Below are positions 1 to 7,966 of a stretch of 43,307 bases of DNA, piece by piece (position 1 is the first letter of the stretch; the number at the start of each line of letters is the position of its first letter). The position numbers and the translations under genes were made by a program. The stretch is taken from IMG/VR virus record IMGVR_UViG_3300045988_156495, positions 1 to 43,307 of that record; one strand, 5' to 3'. This DNA comes from a virus. The notes under the pieces were generated by a model. It ran no database searches. It was not told the origin of the DNA and saw only the letters and a list, made by a program, of their open reading frames with translations.

Positions 1-119
1 CTTATCATCGCGGTAGCTCATCAGCGCTTCGATCATTTGCTGTCGGTTCATTTGACTGCCTCCTCTCGCTGGGCGGGAATGTGAATATCTCCTGATGTGA
101 TAGTATCGCTAAAAAAAAG
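1..119. repeat. Terminal direct repeat, copy 1 (identical to 43189..43307); implies a circular or terminally redundant 43,188-bp unit
   Basis: nt 1-119 (cttatcatcgcggtagctcatc...tagtatcgctaaaaaaaag) recur verbatim as the last 119 nt of the window. Confidence 0.95.
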
Positions 120-290
120 CTCGCCAACAGATTTACCGTAATGTTCCGCAACTTTACGCTTAGTTTTGTCGGAGCCATTCCGATCACCAGTCTCCATCAT
201 TGCAAGCATAGATTGTGCGATACCAATAGCATTTGCCGCCTGTGCCTGAGACTCTCTCTTAGCTTTTCGTGCCTCTAAAAGCTTGTTCAT
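48..290 (-). CDS. Cro-like XRE-family HTH regulator (first gene of the lytic/early operon)
   Basis: 80 aa with an HTH-like segment (ESQAQAANAIGIAQSMLAMMETG). GGAGG RBS 6 nt upstream. Divergent from the cI-like gene. Its stop overlaps the ATG of the next small ORF (ATGA). Confidence 0.75.
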   Translation of the reverse strand: MNKLLEARKAKRESQAQAANAIGIAQSMLAMMETGDRNGSDKTKRKVAEHYGKSVGELFFSDTITSGDIHIPAQREEAVK

Positions 291-302
291 TGTTTTGCCT
301 CC

Positions 303-349
303 TTATCACTTGATGTGATAACTATATCATCGCTCCACGTGATAGTCAA
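303..349. promoter_or_regulatory. Genetic-switch operators O1 and O2 overlapping the leftward early promoter
   Basis: O1 is a perfect inverted repeat, TTATCAC-ttgat-GTGATAA (303..321). O2 is TATCAT-N8-GTGATA (325..344). On the minus strand: -35 TTGACT (349..344), a 17-nt spacer, -10 TATAGT (326..321), then GGAGG and the cro ATG. Confidence 0.7.
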
Positions 350-382
350 CAATAAAAATCACTTTTTGAAATACTTTCTAAA

Positions 383-406
383 AATCACTTCGAGTGATTG
401 TATAAT
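383..406. promoter_or_regulatory. Operator O3 plus the -10 box of the rightward (repressor) promoter
   Basis: AATCAC-ttcga-GTGATT inverted repeat (383..399), directly followed by TATAAT (401..406), about 20 nt before the cI ATG at 426. An extra half-site AATCAC lies at 357..362. Confidence 0.6.
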
Positions 407-425
407 CGCATTAGGAGGACTGCTC

Positions 426-857
426 ATGAATATTGGCGAAAGAATTGCAATGCTACGAAAAGAGCGAGGCTGGAACCAACAACAACTCGCAGACAAAATT
501 AATGTGAGTCAGTCCACTCTTGCTATGTGGGAAACTGACAAACGGCGTCCAAATACAGATGCCTTGAACGACCTAGCGGACATATTTAATGTTTCTTTGG
601 ACTTTCTTATGTATCGTACAAATAAACGCAGATATTATGAGCTAACCGATAAGGACACCGAGGATATCGCTAAACAGGCTCAGCAGATTATTGATGGTAT
701 GAATTCAGATGCTAGTGTCAATTTTTACGGTGAACCGATGACAGATGAACAAAAGCAATCTATGAGGGACATTATAGAAATGGGGCTTCGTATCAATAAA
801 GAAAAAGCGAAAAATAAATTCACACCTAAGAAGTATCGAGATACGGGCGGTGATTAA
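426..857 (+). CDS. cI-like phage repressor (XRE HTH, ImmR-type, no S24 peptidase domain)
   Basis: MNIGERIAMLRKERGWNQQQLADKINVSQSTLAMWETDKRRP is a classic XRE HTH. AGGAGG RBS at 412..417. The ORF-track start at 315 is an unlikely upstream extension. The gene is followed immediately by an ImmA-like protease gene. Confidence 0.85.
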   Translation: MNIGERIAMLRKERGWNQQQLADKINVSQSTLAMWETDKRRPNTDALNDLADIFNVSLDFLMYRTNKRRYYELTDKDTEDIAKQAQQIIDGMNSDASVNFYGEPMTDEQKQSMRDIIEMGLRINKEKAKNKFTPKKYRDTGGD

Positions 858-1304
858 ATGTCGTATGCCAGTGACGTTGCTGATCAAACTTTTAAATGTA
901 CGGCTGATGTCGCAATAGATTCGACTGATCCATTTTCCATATGCAAAACATATGACTATGGGGTCAAACGGGTCACTATGCCCAATTCAACCATGGGTCT
1001 ATCAGTCAGGACTAATCGCTGTGCAACGATATTCTTGAGCGACAATCTTACTAATTCTCAGGAACTGCTTGTTCTTCTCCACGAAGTTGGCCATTGCCGC
1101 ATGCATAAAAACGATAGCACGCCATTTATGCGTTCTATGATGTTTGGCGGTTGGATACCAAGAATTGAACGAGAGGCAAATGAATTTGCTGTTAGATACA
1201 TGGTGGATATTCTGAAGGCTCAAGACGTTGAAATTACAACGACTTATGGGATACTTCAATATTTTGATCTTCCAGAATCATTCAACCGTTTTGTACTTGT
1301 TTAG
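858..1304 (+). CDS. ImmA/IrrE-family zinc metallopeptidase (anti-repressor protease)
   Basis: HExxH motif in LVLLHEVGHCRMH. The ATG abuts the cI stop (TAAATG). This is the canonical ImmR-ImmA gene pairing. Confidence 0.8.
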   Translation: MSYASDVADQTFKCTADVAIDSTDPFSICKTYDYGVKRVTMPNSTMGLSVRTNRCATIFLSDNLTNSQELLVLLHEVGHCRMHKNDSTPFMRSMMFGGWIPRIEREANEFAVRYMVDILKAQDVEITTTYGILQYFDLPESFNRFVLV

Positions 1305-1349
1305 CCGAGGCGCTCACTAATAAGCGCAAAGCATAATGGAGGGAAAGCA

Positions 1350-2153
1350 ATGGGGTTTTTTGACAAGCTTAAAGAAGCCGGAAACAAATTGAATGAAGCA
1401 TCTTCACTCACACCAGAAGAAAAGGAGGAACGCAAACAAGCCAAAATAGCCCTAAAAGCAGAAGTCATTTTGGAGGAACCCATCAAGTTTGTGAGCGGCC
1501 ACGAACTTGTTGGCGCTTCTGGATTCGGCAGCAGAATTTACCAATTAAAAGATAATACCGTTATTTTCGGGCTTAACAATCCGGAACACTTTTGGATAAC
1601 AGGCATAGAATTTGCAGGACCAAGGTATCATGAGATTCAAACTACCAAAAGCAAATCAGATACCAAGGGCAAATCTAAAACCAAAAAGCATCGACATGGA
1701 TTGGGTGGAGCTGTAATAGGGACAATTCTTGCCCCAGGTGTCGGCACTGTTGCTGGGGCTATCGTTGGCAGCCATTCTGGAAAAGACAAAACAAAGGGAA
1801 GCAGCTCCACTATTGGCGAAGCGTCAACAATCACTTCTCAGATTGAGGACGACTCGTCTACTATTGTCAAGCTTACAAATGCTGCCACTGATGAAAACGT
1901 TCAAATTATTCTTTTAACAAAAACTAGAGATTACCAGAGGCTAATGTCTTTCCATGTAAATATGGAAGTTATCAACAAGGACGATAGCGATGACCATAGT
2001 GAATCGTCATCTCGTACGTCTGCGAATCCAAAAACCGATACATTGTCCTCGAGCCCTGTTGAGGAAATTCGAAAATATAAGCAGTTATTGGATGATGGTA
2101 TTATCACTGCTGAGGAATTTTCCACAAAAAAGAAGCAGCTATTAGGGTTATAA
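1350..2153 (+). CDS. SHOCT-domain protein with a central glycine-zipper segment
   Basis: The C-terminus EEIRKYKQLLDDGIITAEEFSTKKKQLLGL matches the SHOCT short C-terminal domain pattern. GLGGAVIGTILAPGVGTVAGAIVGS is a GxxxG-type glycine zipper. GGAGGG RBS. Same strand as cI-immA. Confidence 0.7.
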   Translation: MGFFDKLKEAGNKLNEASSLTPEEKEERKQAKIALKAEVILEEPIKFVSGHELVGASGFGSRIYQLKDNTVIFGLNNPEHFWITGIEFAGPRYHEIQTTKSKSDTKGKSKTKKHRHGLGGAVIGTILAPGVGTVAGAIVGSHSGKDKTKGSSSTIGEASTITSQIEDDSSTIVKLTNAATDENVQIILLTKTRDYQRLMSFHVNMEVINKDDSDDHSESSSRTSANPKTDTLSSSPVEEIRKYKQLLDDGIITAEEFSTKKKQLLGL

Positions 2154-2160
2154 CCTGTAA

Positions 2161-2208
2161 AATCACTTTCTGTGACTCAAAATCAGTCTAAATACTGACG
2201 ACTATAAA
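2161..2208 (+). promoter_or_regulatory. Operator-like site plus candidate promoter upstream of the TerB_N cassette
   Basis: AATCAC-tttct-GTGACT (2161..2177) matches switch operator O3 (AATCAC-N5-GTGATT) at 11 of 12 arm positions. A second inverted repeat, TCAGT-N6-ACTGA, lies at 2183..2198. TATAAA lies at 2203..2208. Confidence 0.4.
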
Positions 2209-2233
2209 AGCTGTGAGTTAGGGGGGACGTGTC

Positions 2234-3781
2234 ATGGGACTGTTTGACCGCTTTAAGAAACTGGTTGTCGGTAATTCGAGCGAAACGCTTCCTACACAGC
2301 CGCCTGTAGACATAAAAAAACACAGCCAACCAATGCAACAGCACGGAATTACGACTCAAGTAATTCATAACATCCCGACCGAAGTTGCTGAATTAATGTG
2401 GTTTTTTGATGGACCGATGAAAAACCTTGACGCTGAAACAGAAGAGCCATCCGGAATTTCTTTTCGATTACCTGTCAAAAAGGCTAGTGCGCCAACGAGA
2501 ATGGGTTACTGGCCGTCATACCATAAGATGTCACCCACTGAGCGGTATAGCTATCTAAACTGGCTAACAAACGTTGATCAGCCTATTGATATCGGTTATG
2601 TCTTTGTTTTCTTTTATGGTCTTGAGCGCATGATTGCAACACCGAAACATGATGCTGCAGTGAAGATGATTCATCGGCTAAAGGAGCACCACAACGAAAG
2701 CGGGTCATTCTCATCCTATTCAGATGAAGCACTTGCGTACGCCGCGTTACTTTATCACGATCCTACCCCACTACAATATATCCGCGGAACTAACACATCG
2801 ATGTTGATACTATCGAAGGCAGCCTTCGATCATCGGTTGACTGCTGATGAAATCATGTCAAGTTCACGCGGGTTCGGATGGGACAACACTAGATACATTA
2901 AAAATGAACATGAACTTTTTGAGCATAATCTTCTTTTTTGTCTACAAAATTTGTACAAACAGGACTACTATCCGATTCCAAATCAACTAGATCAAGTCCC
3001 ACGTACTCAGTTGCATCTTGCCAATCTATCGATTGCAACTGATGAACGAGTTATCGATTTAGGCATAATTGATGGCTATCATTGGACAACCACTATGCGT
3101 ATCCCCAAACGAATAGATATCCCCGACTTTTCTCAATCGAAGATTATTTCTAGAGATATTCAGCAATTGCTCAAAATAGCGCACGAAAAAACCAAAGAAG
3201 ATCTAGCTAAGATGAGAAAGAACGGTGAACGCCCAAAGGCTGCCGCTAAGAAACCTTCTCGCAAAAAACGGATAAATCCTGACACAGGCTATCCCCTTTC
3301 AACTGAAAAAGCAATTGCGTGTGCTCGTGAACTATATAAATCCACAATTGCCGTTCACCCACAGCAGCTCACTGGTAATCCAGACTATGATGAGGAGATG
3401 AGAATAGTCGATCACGTCTTGCCACACTACCGCCTTGGTGATCTACACTACAAGCTTGGTGAGTGGAAGGAAGCAGAAACAGAATGGATTTCAATTCTTG
3501 ACTTAATGGGTGCTCTTGCCGCGGAAAAGCTGGCTATTATGTACCACAAACAACATCGGTACAAGGATGAAATGGAAATACTATCTGCTGGCATGAAAGT
3601 TTCTCAGCGTAGTAAGGTCTATCCAATACCCGACAAGTTTGCCGATCGTTTGATTGCGGCTAGTGAATTCTACGTGAAACATTCTACTGAGGATGAATCA
3701 GAGACTTTTCATTCGAGCAGTGGGCACAAAAATAGCCCCGGTGGCGAGGCTGAGGAGGTGGAACATTCATGGGATCAGTGA
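2234..3781 (+). CDS. TerB_N-domain protein with a C-terminal TPR-like helical region
   Basis: EPSGISFRLPV...MGYWPSYHKMSPTERYSYLNWL...DIGYVFVFFYGLERMI matches the TerB N-terminal domain signature (YWPSY...YL.WL...GYvF.YfYGLER). The C-terminal LGDLHYKLGEWKEAETEWISIL resembles a TPR. The N-terminus MGLFDRFKK resembles that of the upstream ORF (MGFFDKLKE). Confidence 0.7.
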   Translation: MGLFDRFKKLVVGNSSETLPTQPPVDIKKHSQPMQQHGITTQVIHNIPTEVAELMWFFDGPMKNLDAETEEPSGISFRLPVKKASAPTRMGYWPSYHKMSPTERYSYLNWLTNVDQPIDIGYVFVFFYGLERMIATPKHDAAVKMIHRLKEHHNESGSFSSYSDEALAYAALLYHDPTPLQYIRGTNTSMLILSKAAFDHRLTADEIMSSSRGFGWDNTRYIKNEHELFEHNLLFCLQNLYKQDYYPIPNQLDQVPRTQLHLANLSIATDERVIDLGIIDGYHWTTTMRIPKRIDIPDFSQSKIISRDIQQLLKIAHEKTKEDLAKMRKNGERPKAAAKKPSRKKRINPDTGYPLSTEKAIACARELYKSTIAVHPQQLTGNPDYDEEMRIVDHVLPHYRLGDLHYKLGEWKEAETEWISILDLMGALAAEKLAIMYHKQHRYKDEMEILSAGMKVSQRSKVYPIPDKFADRLIAASEFYVKHSTEDESETFHSSSGHKNSPGGEAEEVEHSWDQ

Positions 3782-4518
3782 CATCCCGCGTCAGCCCACA
3801 ATGGAGATTCGATACGGACAACTCAGGCGGGGGCCATACATCTGTTGACTCCGCATTCGTACTGGACGACTTGCTCTACATTTATTCAAATAAGGCTCCT
3901 TTGGACAAAAATCGACTCATGTTAATTATTGAAGGAAACGCCGGGCCGATATACGTCACCAATACCCCTCTCGCGCACGAGCTCATCATCTTGAACACCA
4001 AGCAAGCACGATTGTGGGCACGCGACGTTTATCAATTGGCGCACGAGTTGACGCACTTTGTCATATTTCACGGGATTCAACAGCCACAATTCAAATGGTT
4101 TGAAGAAACACTGGCAGAATTGTCCTCATACTTCTTCCTTAAACAAATGGCTGCTTACTGGGCTGCATCGAACAATCAAATTAAAAGGGCCTATGCAGAC
4201 AGCTTTCTGGAATATGTTGAGCTCGAGCGCCCCGATGCTGAAGATATCAAGATATCTGATTTATCCGATCCGTCATCGCATACCAGCCTAATGCTGGAGG
4301 GCTATCAATACGACCGTCCGAAGAACAATTACATTGCCCAGAAGATTCTCCCGGTCGTTGAAAACAATCCGGCTTACTGGAGGGCTCTTCCCTTTCTTGA
4401 AAAGGTTAGCAATGCAACCAGTTTCCTCGACTTCATGACGAAGTGGAAGGCCGTCTCACCTAAAGAAACGGGAGAAGCCCTGTCCGCAGTCACTTCTTTA
4501 TTTGAATCAGATCATTGA
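3769..4518 (+). CDS. Predicted zinc metallopeptidase (HExxH, gluzincin-like)
   Basis: AHELTHF followed 16 residues later by WFEETLAE, an arrangement similar to the MA-clan HExxH...E. GGAGG RBS at 3753..3757. The ATG overlaps the end of the TerB_N gene by 13 nt, which suggests translational coupling. Confidence 0.6.
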   Translation: MGSVTSRVSPQWRFDTDNSGGGHTSVDSAFVLDDLLYIYSNKAPLDKNRLMLIIEGNAGPIYVTNTPLAHELIILNTKQARLWARDVYQLAHELTHFVIFHGIQQPQFKWFEETLAELSSYFFLKQMAAYWAASNNQIKRAYADSFLEYVELERPDAEDIKISDLSDPSSHTSLMLEGYQYDRPKNNYIAQKILPVVENNPAYWRALPFLEKVSNATSFLDFMTKWKAVSPKETGEALSAVTSLFESDH

Positions 4519-4693
4519 CGGTATTGCCAGGAAGTCCCGGAAGTCCTGGATCATCGTGCTCATATCTAGCCACAATTCCATGCTGACGCAACGCCATTTT
4601 GATGTCTTTTAAATCGTAATCTATGCTTTGTAGGGCGAGCAGCAGCTCCTCACTCATAAAGTGCGGCTGATTCTTGTTGTCCACTTCAATCAC
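4490..4693 (-). CDS. Small hypothetical protein, convergent with the metallopeptidase gene
   Basis: 67-aa ORF with several possible starts (GTG/ATG). A TATAAT-like box lies upstream on the minus strand near 4725..4730. It overlaps the 3' end of the 3769..4518 gene by 29 nt. No recognisable domain. Confidence 0.35.
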   Translation of the reverse strand: MIEVDNKNQPHFMSEELLLALQSIDYDLKDIKMALRQHGIVARYEHDDPGLPGLPGNTVNDLIQIKK

Positions 4694-4818
4694 CTGCCTT
4701 TCTGGCCACTAATGAACTTTATTCACCTAATTATAGCAAAGATGAGTTGTATTCACCATCAACGGTTAAAAACATAGCTACTCGTATCAAATTATTAGTT
4801 AAGACAGGAGTCTTGCTT

Positions 4819-5244
4819 ATGGCAAATTCAACGATCAGGCAGGCCGATATACTGGTAAGAGAGTGTACCGTTATGCAGGTAGCTACGCTTGATACCGATA
4901 CTGGTTTCCCTCATATAGTTTCGCTGACACCACTTAAATCACACCGATCGCTTAAAGAAATCCTTTTTTACACTGATCGCGACACTACTACCATTCGCAA
5001 CGTCCTAGAGAAGCCTGTGGTGGCTGTTTACTGTTTCAATGATCTACACCACTCATCGTTGCTATTACGTGCAAAAGCAGTTGTATTAACAGCTGAGGAG
5101 GTCTTACCAAACTTTACAGAGAACCTCAATACTTTTCAAAAATCGTTACAGTATGATCGACCCGTCATCATTCGTTGCACCCCACTAACCGTCAAGATTA
5201 GATACAACAATGACATCGAGTTCAGCAAGCTAAACGAAATCTAA
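4819..5244 (+). CDS. Pyridoxamine-5'-phosphate-oxidase-like (FMN-binding split-barrel) family protein
   Basis: The pattern VMQVATLDTDTGFPHIVSLTPL...ILFYTDRDTTTIRNVLEKPVVAVYCF...LLLRAKAVVLT resembles PNPOx/general-stress-26 beta-barrel proteins. AGGAG RBS before the ATG at 4819. The track start at 4747 is unlikely. Confidence 0.45.
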   Translation: MANSTIRQADILVRECTVMQVATLDTDTGFPHIVSLTPLKSHRSLKEILFYTDRDTTTIRNVLEKPVVAVYCFNDLHHSSLLLRAKAVVLTAEEVLPNFTENLNTFQKSLQYDRPVIIRCTPLTVKIRYNNDIEFSKLNEI

Positions 5245-5267
5245 ACTCAGTTCTTGGAGATGCACTT

Positions 5268-5471
5268 ATGAACGGTCCAGATACATTAAGTGAGGCACAC
5301 TTCATTGGCCTCATCATTGTTCTTATAGGCGTCTACTTCTCCCTATTCGGGAACAGGCACCGTTGGTTACATTGGCTCATTGACCCAGACAAACCCGGAA
5401 GTAACCTGTGGTGGGCAGCCGTTTTTATCATTATTGGCGCGCTCATGATGATGGTTAGAAAGATGCAATAA
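5268..5471 (+). CDS. Small two-TM membrane protein
   Basis: 67 aa with two hydrophobic spans (FIGLIIVLIGVYFSLF and LWWAAVFIIIGALMMMV). GGAGA RBS. Confidence 0.55.
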   Translation: MNGPDTLSEAHFIGLIIVLIGVYFSLFGNRHRWLHWLIDPDKPGSNLWWAAVFIIIGALMMMVRKMQ

Positions 5472-5510
5472 TACGACCCCATAACGAGTTTGGTTTTTAG
5501 GAAAATAAAT

Positions 5511-5528
5511 AGCCTTCCGCGGAAGGCT
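5511..5528. other. Perfect 18-nt palindrome / hairpin between ORFs
   Basis: AGCCTTCCGCGGAAGGCT. There is no clear U-tract, so terminator function is uncertain. Confidence 0.4.
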
Positions 5529-5543
5529 TGGAGGTGAAAACTA

Positions 5544-6323
5544 TTGGCCGAAGGTATTAATCTGACAGGCGAAGTTACCCATTCGTCAGTATATCAAGCT
5601 GCTCTTAAAGCTTATTCCCAAAATTTGTATGATGCTGCGAAATCCATGCAAAAGGTCATAGACATAAGCAACATCGCAAATGTACGGCTTGCAAATCAAA
5701 TCAAACTCCCCGACTTTTCAAAAATGTTAACGCCGCCGCTGGCTTATAAGGAGAGTATTGCTGCGCTTGCAAATAAGCCTTTTGCTGATTTTCAGCCTAT
5801 TATTAAACAGCTTCAACAGGCACCTAACCTCTCGGCCTTTAATATGTCAATGCCTACTTCCAAACTAATATCCAATGTTGCAAAATCGGCCGCTCTCGCA
5901 AATCGTTTGTCTTTTTCCAACTCAGTTCTCAGCAAAAGCCTGTTGGATCATACGATAAAAATATCTTCGACCGGCTGGGATGGCAATCAATATGAACGTA
6001 AACACCAGAGCAATTTTCAAAGTGCTCTCAATAGTCAAACTGACTCGGCTAATTCCAAGCCAACCAGCAGTAAGATTAATCAGGAAACCAATAGTATAAG
6101 CGCAAAAGTTACACAGCAGGAGAACATAAGGGAAAAGCACAAACAGCCTTCGCAGACGATCTTCAAACATGAGCTACCCTCCTTATCGGTTATGCTAGAT
6201 ATTGCCGGAAATATAATTCTTGCAATGCAGGTTTACCATTTTAATGATGAGTATATTCAAATTGCCTACACTGCTCTCATGGTCTTCATCGTGAAGCAAT
6301 ATTTCGATTCAAACAAACAGTAG
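5544..6323 (+). CDS. Hypothetical protein, S/N/Q-rich with a C-terminal hydrophobic anchor
   Basis: 259-aa ORF with a TTG start 7 nt after GGAGGTG. C-terminal hydrophobic segments (VMLDIAGNIILAMQV and IAYTALMVFIV). No recognisable domain. Confidence 0.5.
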   Translation: MAEGINLTGEVTHSSVYQAALKAYSQNLYDAAKSMQKVIDISNIANVRLANQIKLPDFSKMLTPPLAYKESIAALANKPFADFQPIIKQLQQAPNLSAFNMSMPTSKLISNVAKSAALANRLSFSNSVLSKSLLDHTIKISSTGWDGNQYERKHQSNFQSALNSQTDSANSKPTSSKINQETNSISAKVTQQENIREKHKQPSQTIFKHELPSLSVMLDIAGNIILAMQVYHFNDEYIQIAYTALMVFIVKQYFDSNKQ

Positions 6324-6368
6324 CATGTTTCATCCAAAAACTCAAAGAGTGAAAATCCTGTCCACAAT

Positions 6369-6392
6369 AAGCCTTCTTAAGGCTTTTATTTT
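6369..6392 (+). terminator. Rho-independent terminator closing the accessory island
   Basis: AAGCCTT-ctt-AAGGCTT stem-loop followed by TTATTTT. Confidence 0.7.
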
Positions 6393-6466
6393 CAGCCAAT
6401 TAACGAACATACGTTTGAATTTATGTACAAATCAATCAACTTAATAGACAAATTGGAGGTATTATC

Positions 6467-7630
6467 ATGCCAAAATGGACACCATACAAACGCCATCCAG
6501 GGGTATATGAATACCAAACCAAGAAGGGGAAAAGGTTTGGGGTCAGACGAACCTATGATGATGCTATGGGGGAAAGGAAAGAGTTCTCAAAATCCGGTTT
6601 CATTCATTGGCAAGATGCTGATATTGAAATCAAACAATTTGAGGCAAAGCTTGCTCGCGGAGAAGTTTCAGGGTCTTTGGGTCATAGAATGACAGTTGAT
6701 CAATATTACCAGCAAATGGCAAAGCGGAAAATGAAAATGGGTATCTGGCGTGAATCAACAGCAAGAGCGAACAAGAACTTCTATTCAAAGTATCTCAAGC
6801 CGGCATTTGGCAAAACACCTCTACAAGATGTATCAAGAGCCAAATATCAGCGTTTTATCGATGAGTTATCACAATCAGGTCTAGCGTTAACAACTGTCCA
6901 TACTATTGATGCTGTCATGAAGAGCATCATGAACGCCGCTGAATTTGAGGATGTCATCGACAAAAATCGGCTTCGAGGTATGCAGATCAATGGAAAAGCG
7001 CCTCGAAATAAGGATTTAGAACCACATTCATTTGAGCTGTGGCTAAATACAGCAAAGACGAATCTTGATAAGTACGAAATGGCCTTGATCATCACTGCAA
7101 CGCTCGGGCTTCGCCGCGGAGAAGTGATGGGGCTTCGAAATGAGTCCATCAAAATATCCCACGATCAAATCAACGATGCCGATGTCGCGAAAATCTCGAT
7201 TGACATGCAACGCAACACAAATGAACTTAATGGCGGCCCGCTCAAGACCAAATCATCGTACAGAACCATATGGGCATTTGGCAAAACCGTTGATTATTTG
7301 AAGTACGCAATGATTACGGCTGATAATCTAAGGCAAAGGAACCATATTCAAGCGGAGAAACATTGGCTGTGGCTTAACAATGATGGTAACCCGTTGCACC
7401 CCACCCATCTCAATCGATTGATGCGGAGAGTAAGCAATGAGTCCGGCGTTGAAGTGTACCCACATTTGCTCAGGCATTATTTTGCAACACAAGCGATTGC
7501 TGCCAACAAACCGCAAATTGATGTCATGCACTATCTTGGTCACAAGAATCTTCAAATGACAGCCGACTACACCCGTTCAACAAAAGCCGCTAGTCTAAAT
7601 GTTTTTAATAGTATCGATAAGTTTCTTTAA
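6467..7630 (+). CDS. int: Tyrosine site-specific integrase
   Basis: 387 aa. The C-terminal catalytic region HLLRHYFATQ...MHYLGHKNLQMTADYT carries the R..H.LR.....Y signature. GGAGG RBS. Confidence 0.9.
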   Translation: MPKWTPYKRHPGVYEYQTKKGKRFGVRRTYDDAMGERKEFSKSGFIHWQDADIEIKQFEAKLARGEVSGSLGHRMTVDQYYQQMAKRKMKMGIWRESTARANKNFYSKYLKPAFGKTPLQDVSRAKYQRFIDELSQSGLALTTVHTIDAVMKSIMNAAEFEDVIDKNRLRGMQINGKAPRNKDLEPHSFELWLNTAKTNLDKYEMALIITATLGLRRGEVMGLRNESIKISHDQINDADVAKISIDMQRNTNELNGGPLKTKSSYRTIWAFGKTVDYLKYAMITADNLRQRNHIQAEKHWLWLNNDGNPLHPTHLNRLMRRVSNESGVEVYPHLLRHYFATQAIAANKPQIDVMHYLGHKNLQMTADYTRSTKAASLNVFNSIDKFL

Positions 7631-7729
7631 TTCCTATATGGGATTTTTTGATTTTTAAAATATCCCACATAATCTCCCACAAATAAGGAACACTTGCACG
7701 ATATTAAAAAACAAAAATGGCAAACAAAA

Positions 7730-7780
7730 AAGCTTGGGAACCACGGTTTAAACGTGTTTTACCCAAGCTTAGCTTTTTTA
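7730..7780 (+). terminator. Terminator hairpin after int (the attP region probably lies between 7631 and about 7960)
   Basis: AAGCTTGGG (7730..7738) pairs with CCCAAGCTT (7762..7770). There is an inner CACG/CGTG stem. The hairpin is followed by AGCTTTTTTAATTTTT. Confidence 0.6.
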
Positions 7781-7966
7781 ATTTTTGCTACCGGTCATTC
7801 CCACTCAATCGTTGCATCCATTGACCTAATAGCTTTTGAATATGTGTGTTCCATTTTATTTCCATATTTTGGTTAAATTTAGCTTTTTATGCACAAAAAT
7901 AAGCCTCCCTGAGCAAAGGAGGCAGAACGGCAAGGTATTACAGGCTGAATAAAATATTTAGTTGCT

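Noticed and set aside
5-187. 60-aa minus-strand ORF
   Set aside because: It is in an alternative frame overlapping the Cro-like gene and the coupled small ORF, with no independent signals.
315-425. A 37-codon N-terminal extension of the cI-like ORF
   Set aside because: The extension covers the operators and promoters and has no RBS. The ATG at 426 has an AGGAGG at the right distance and begins the HTH domain.
6423-6692. 89-aa plus-strand ORF overlapping the integrase start
   Set aside because: It is in a different frame from the strongly supported integrase and has neither an RBS nor a recognisable domain.
7631-7966. An identifiable attP core or tRNA 3' fragment next to the integrase
   Set aside because: I found only hairpins and short inverted repeats (TGGGAT/ATCCCA), with no tRNA-like segment. 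The core cannot be assigned without the host attB sequence.
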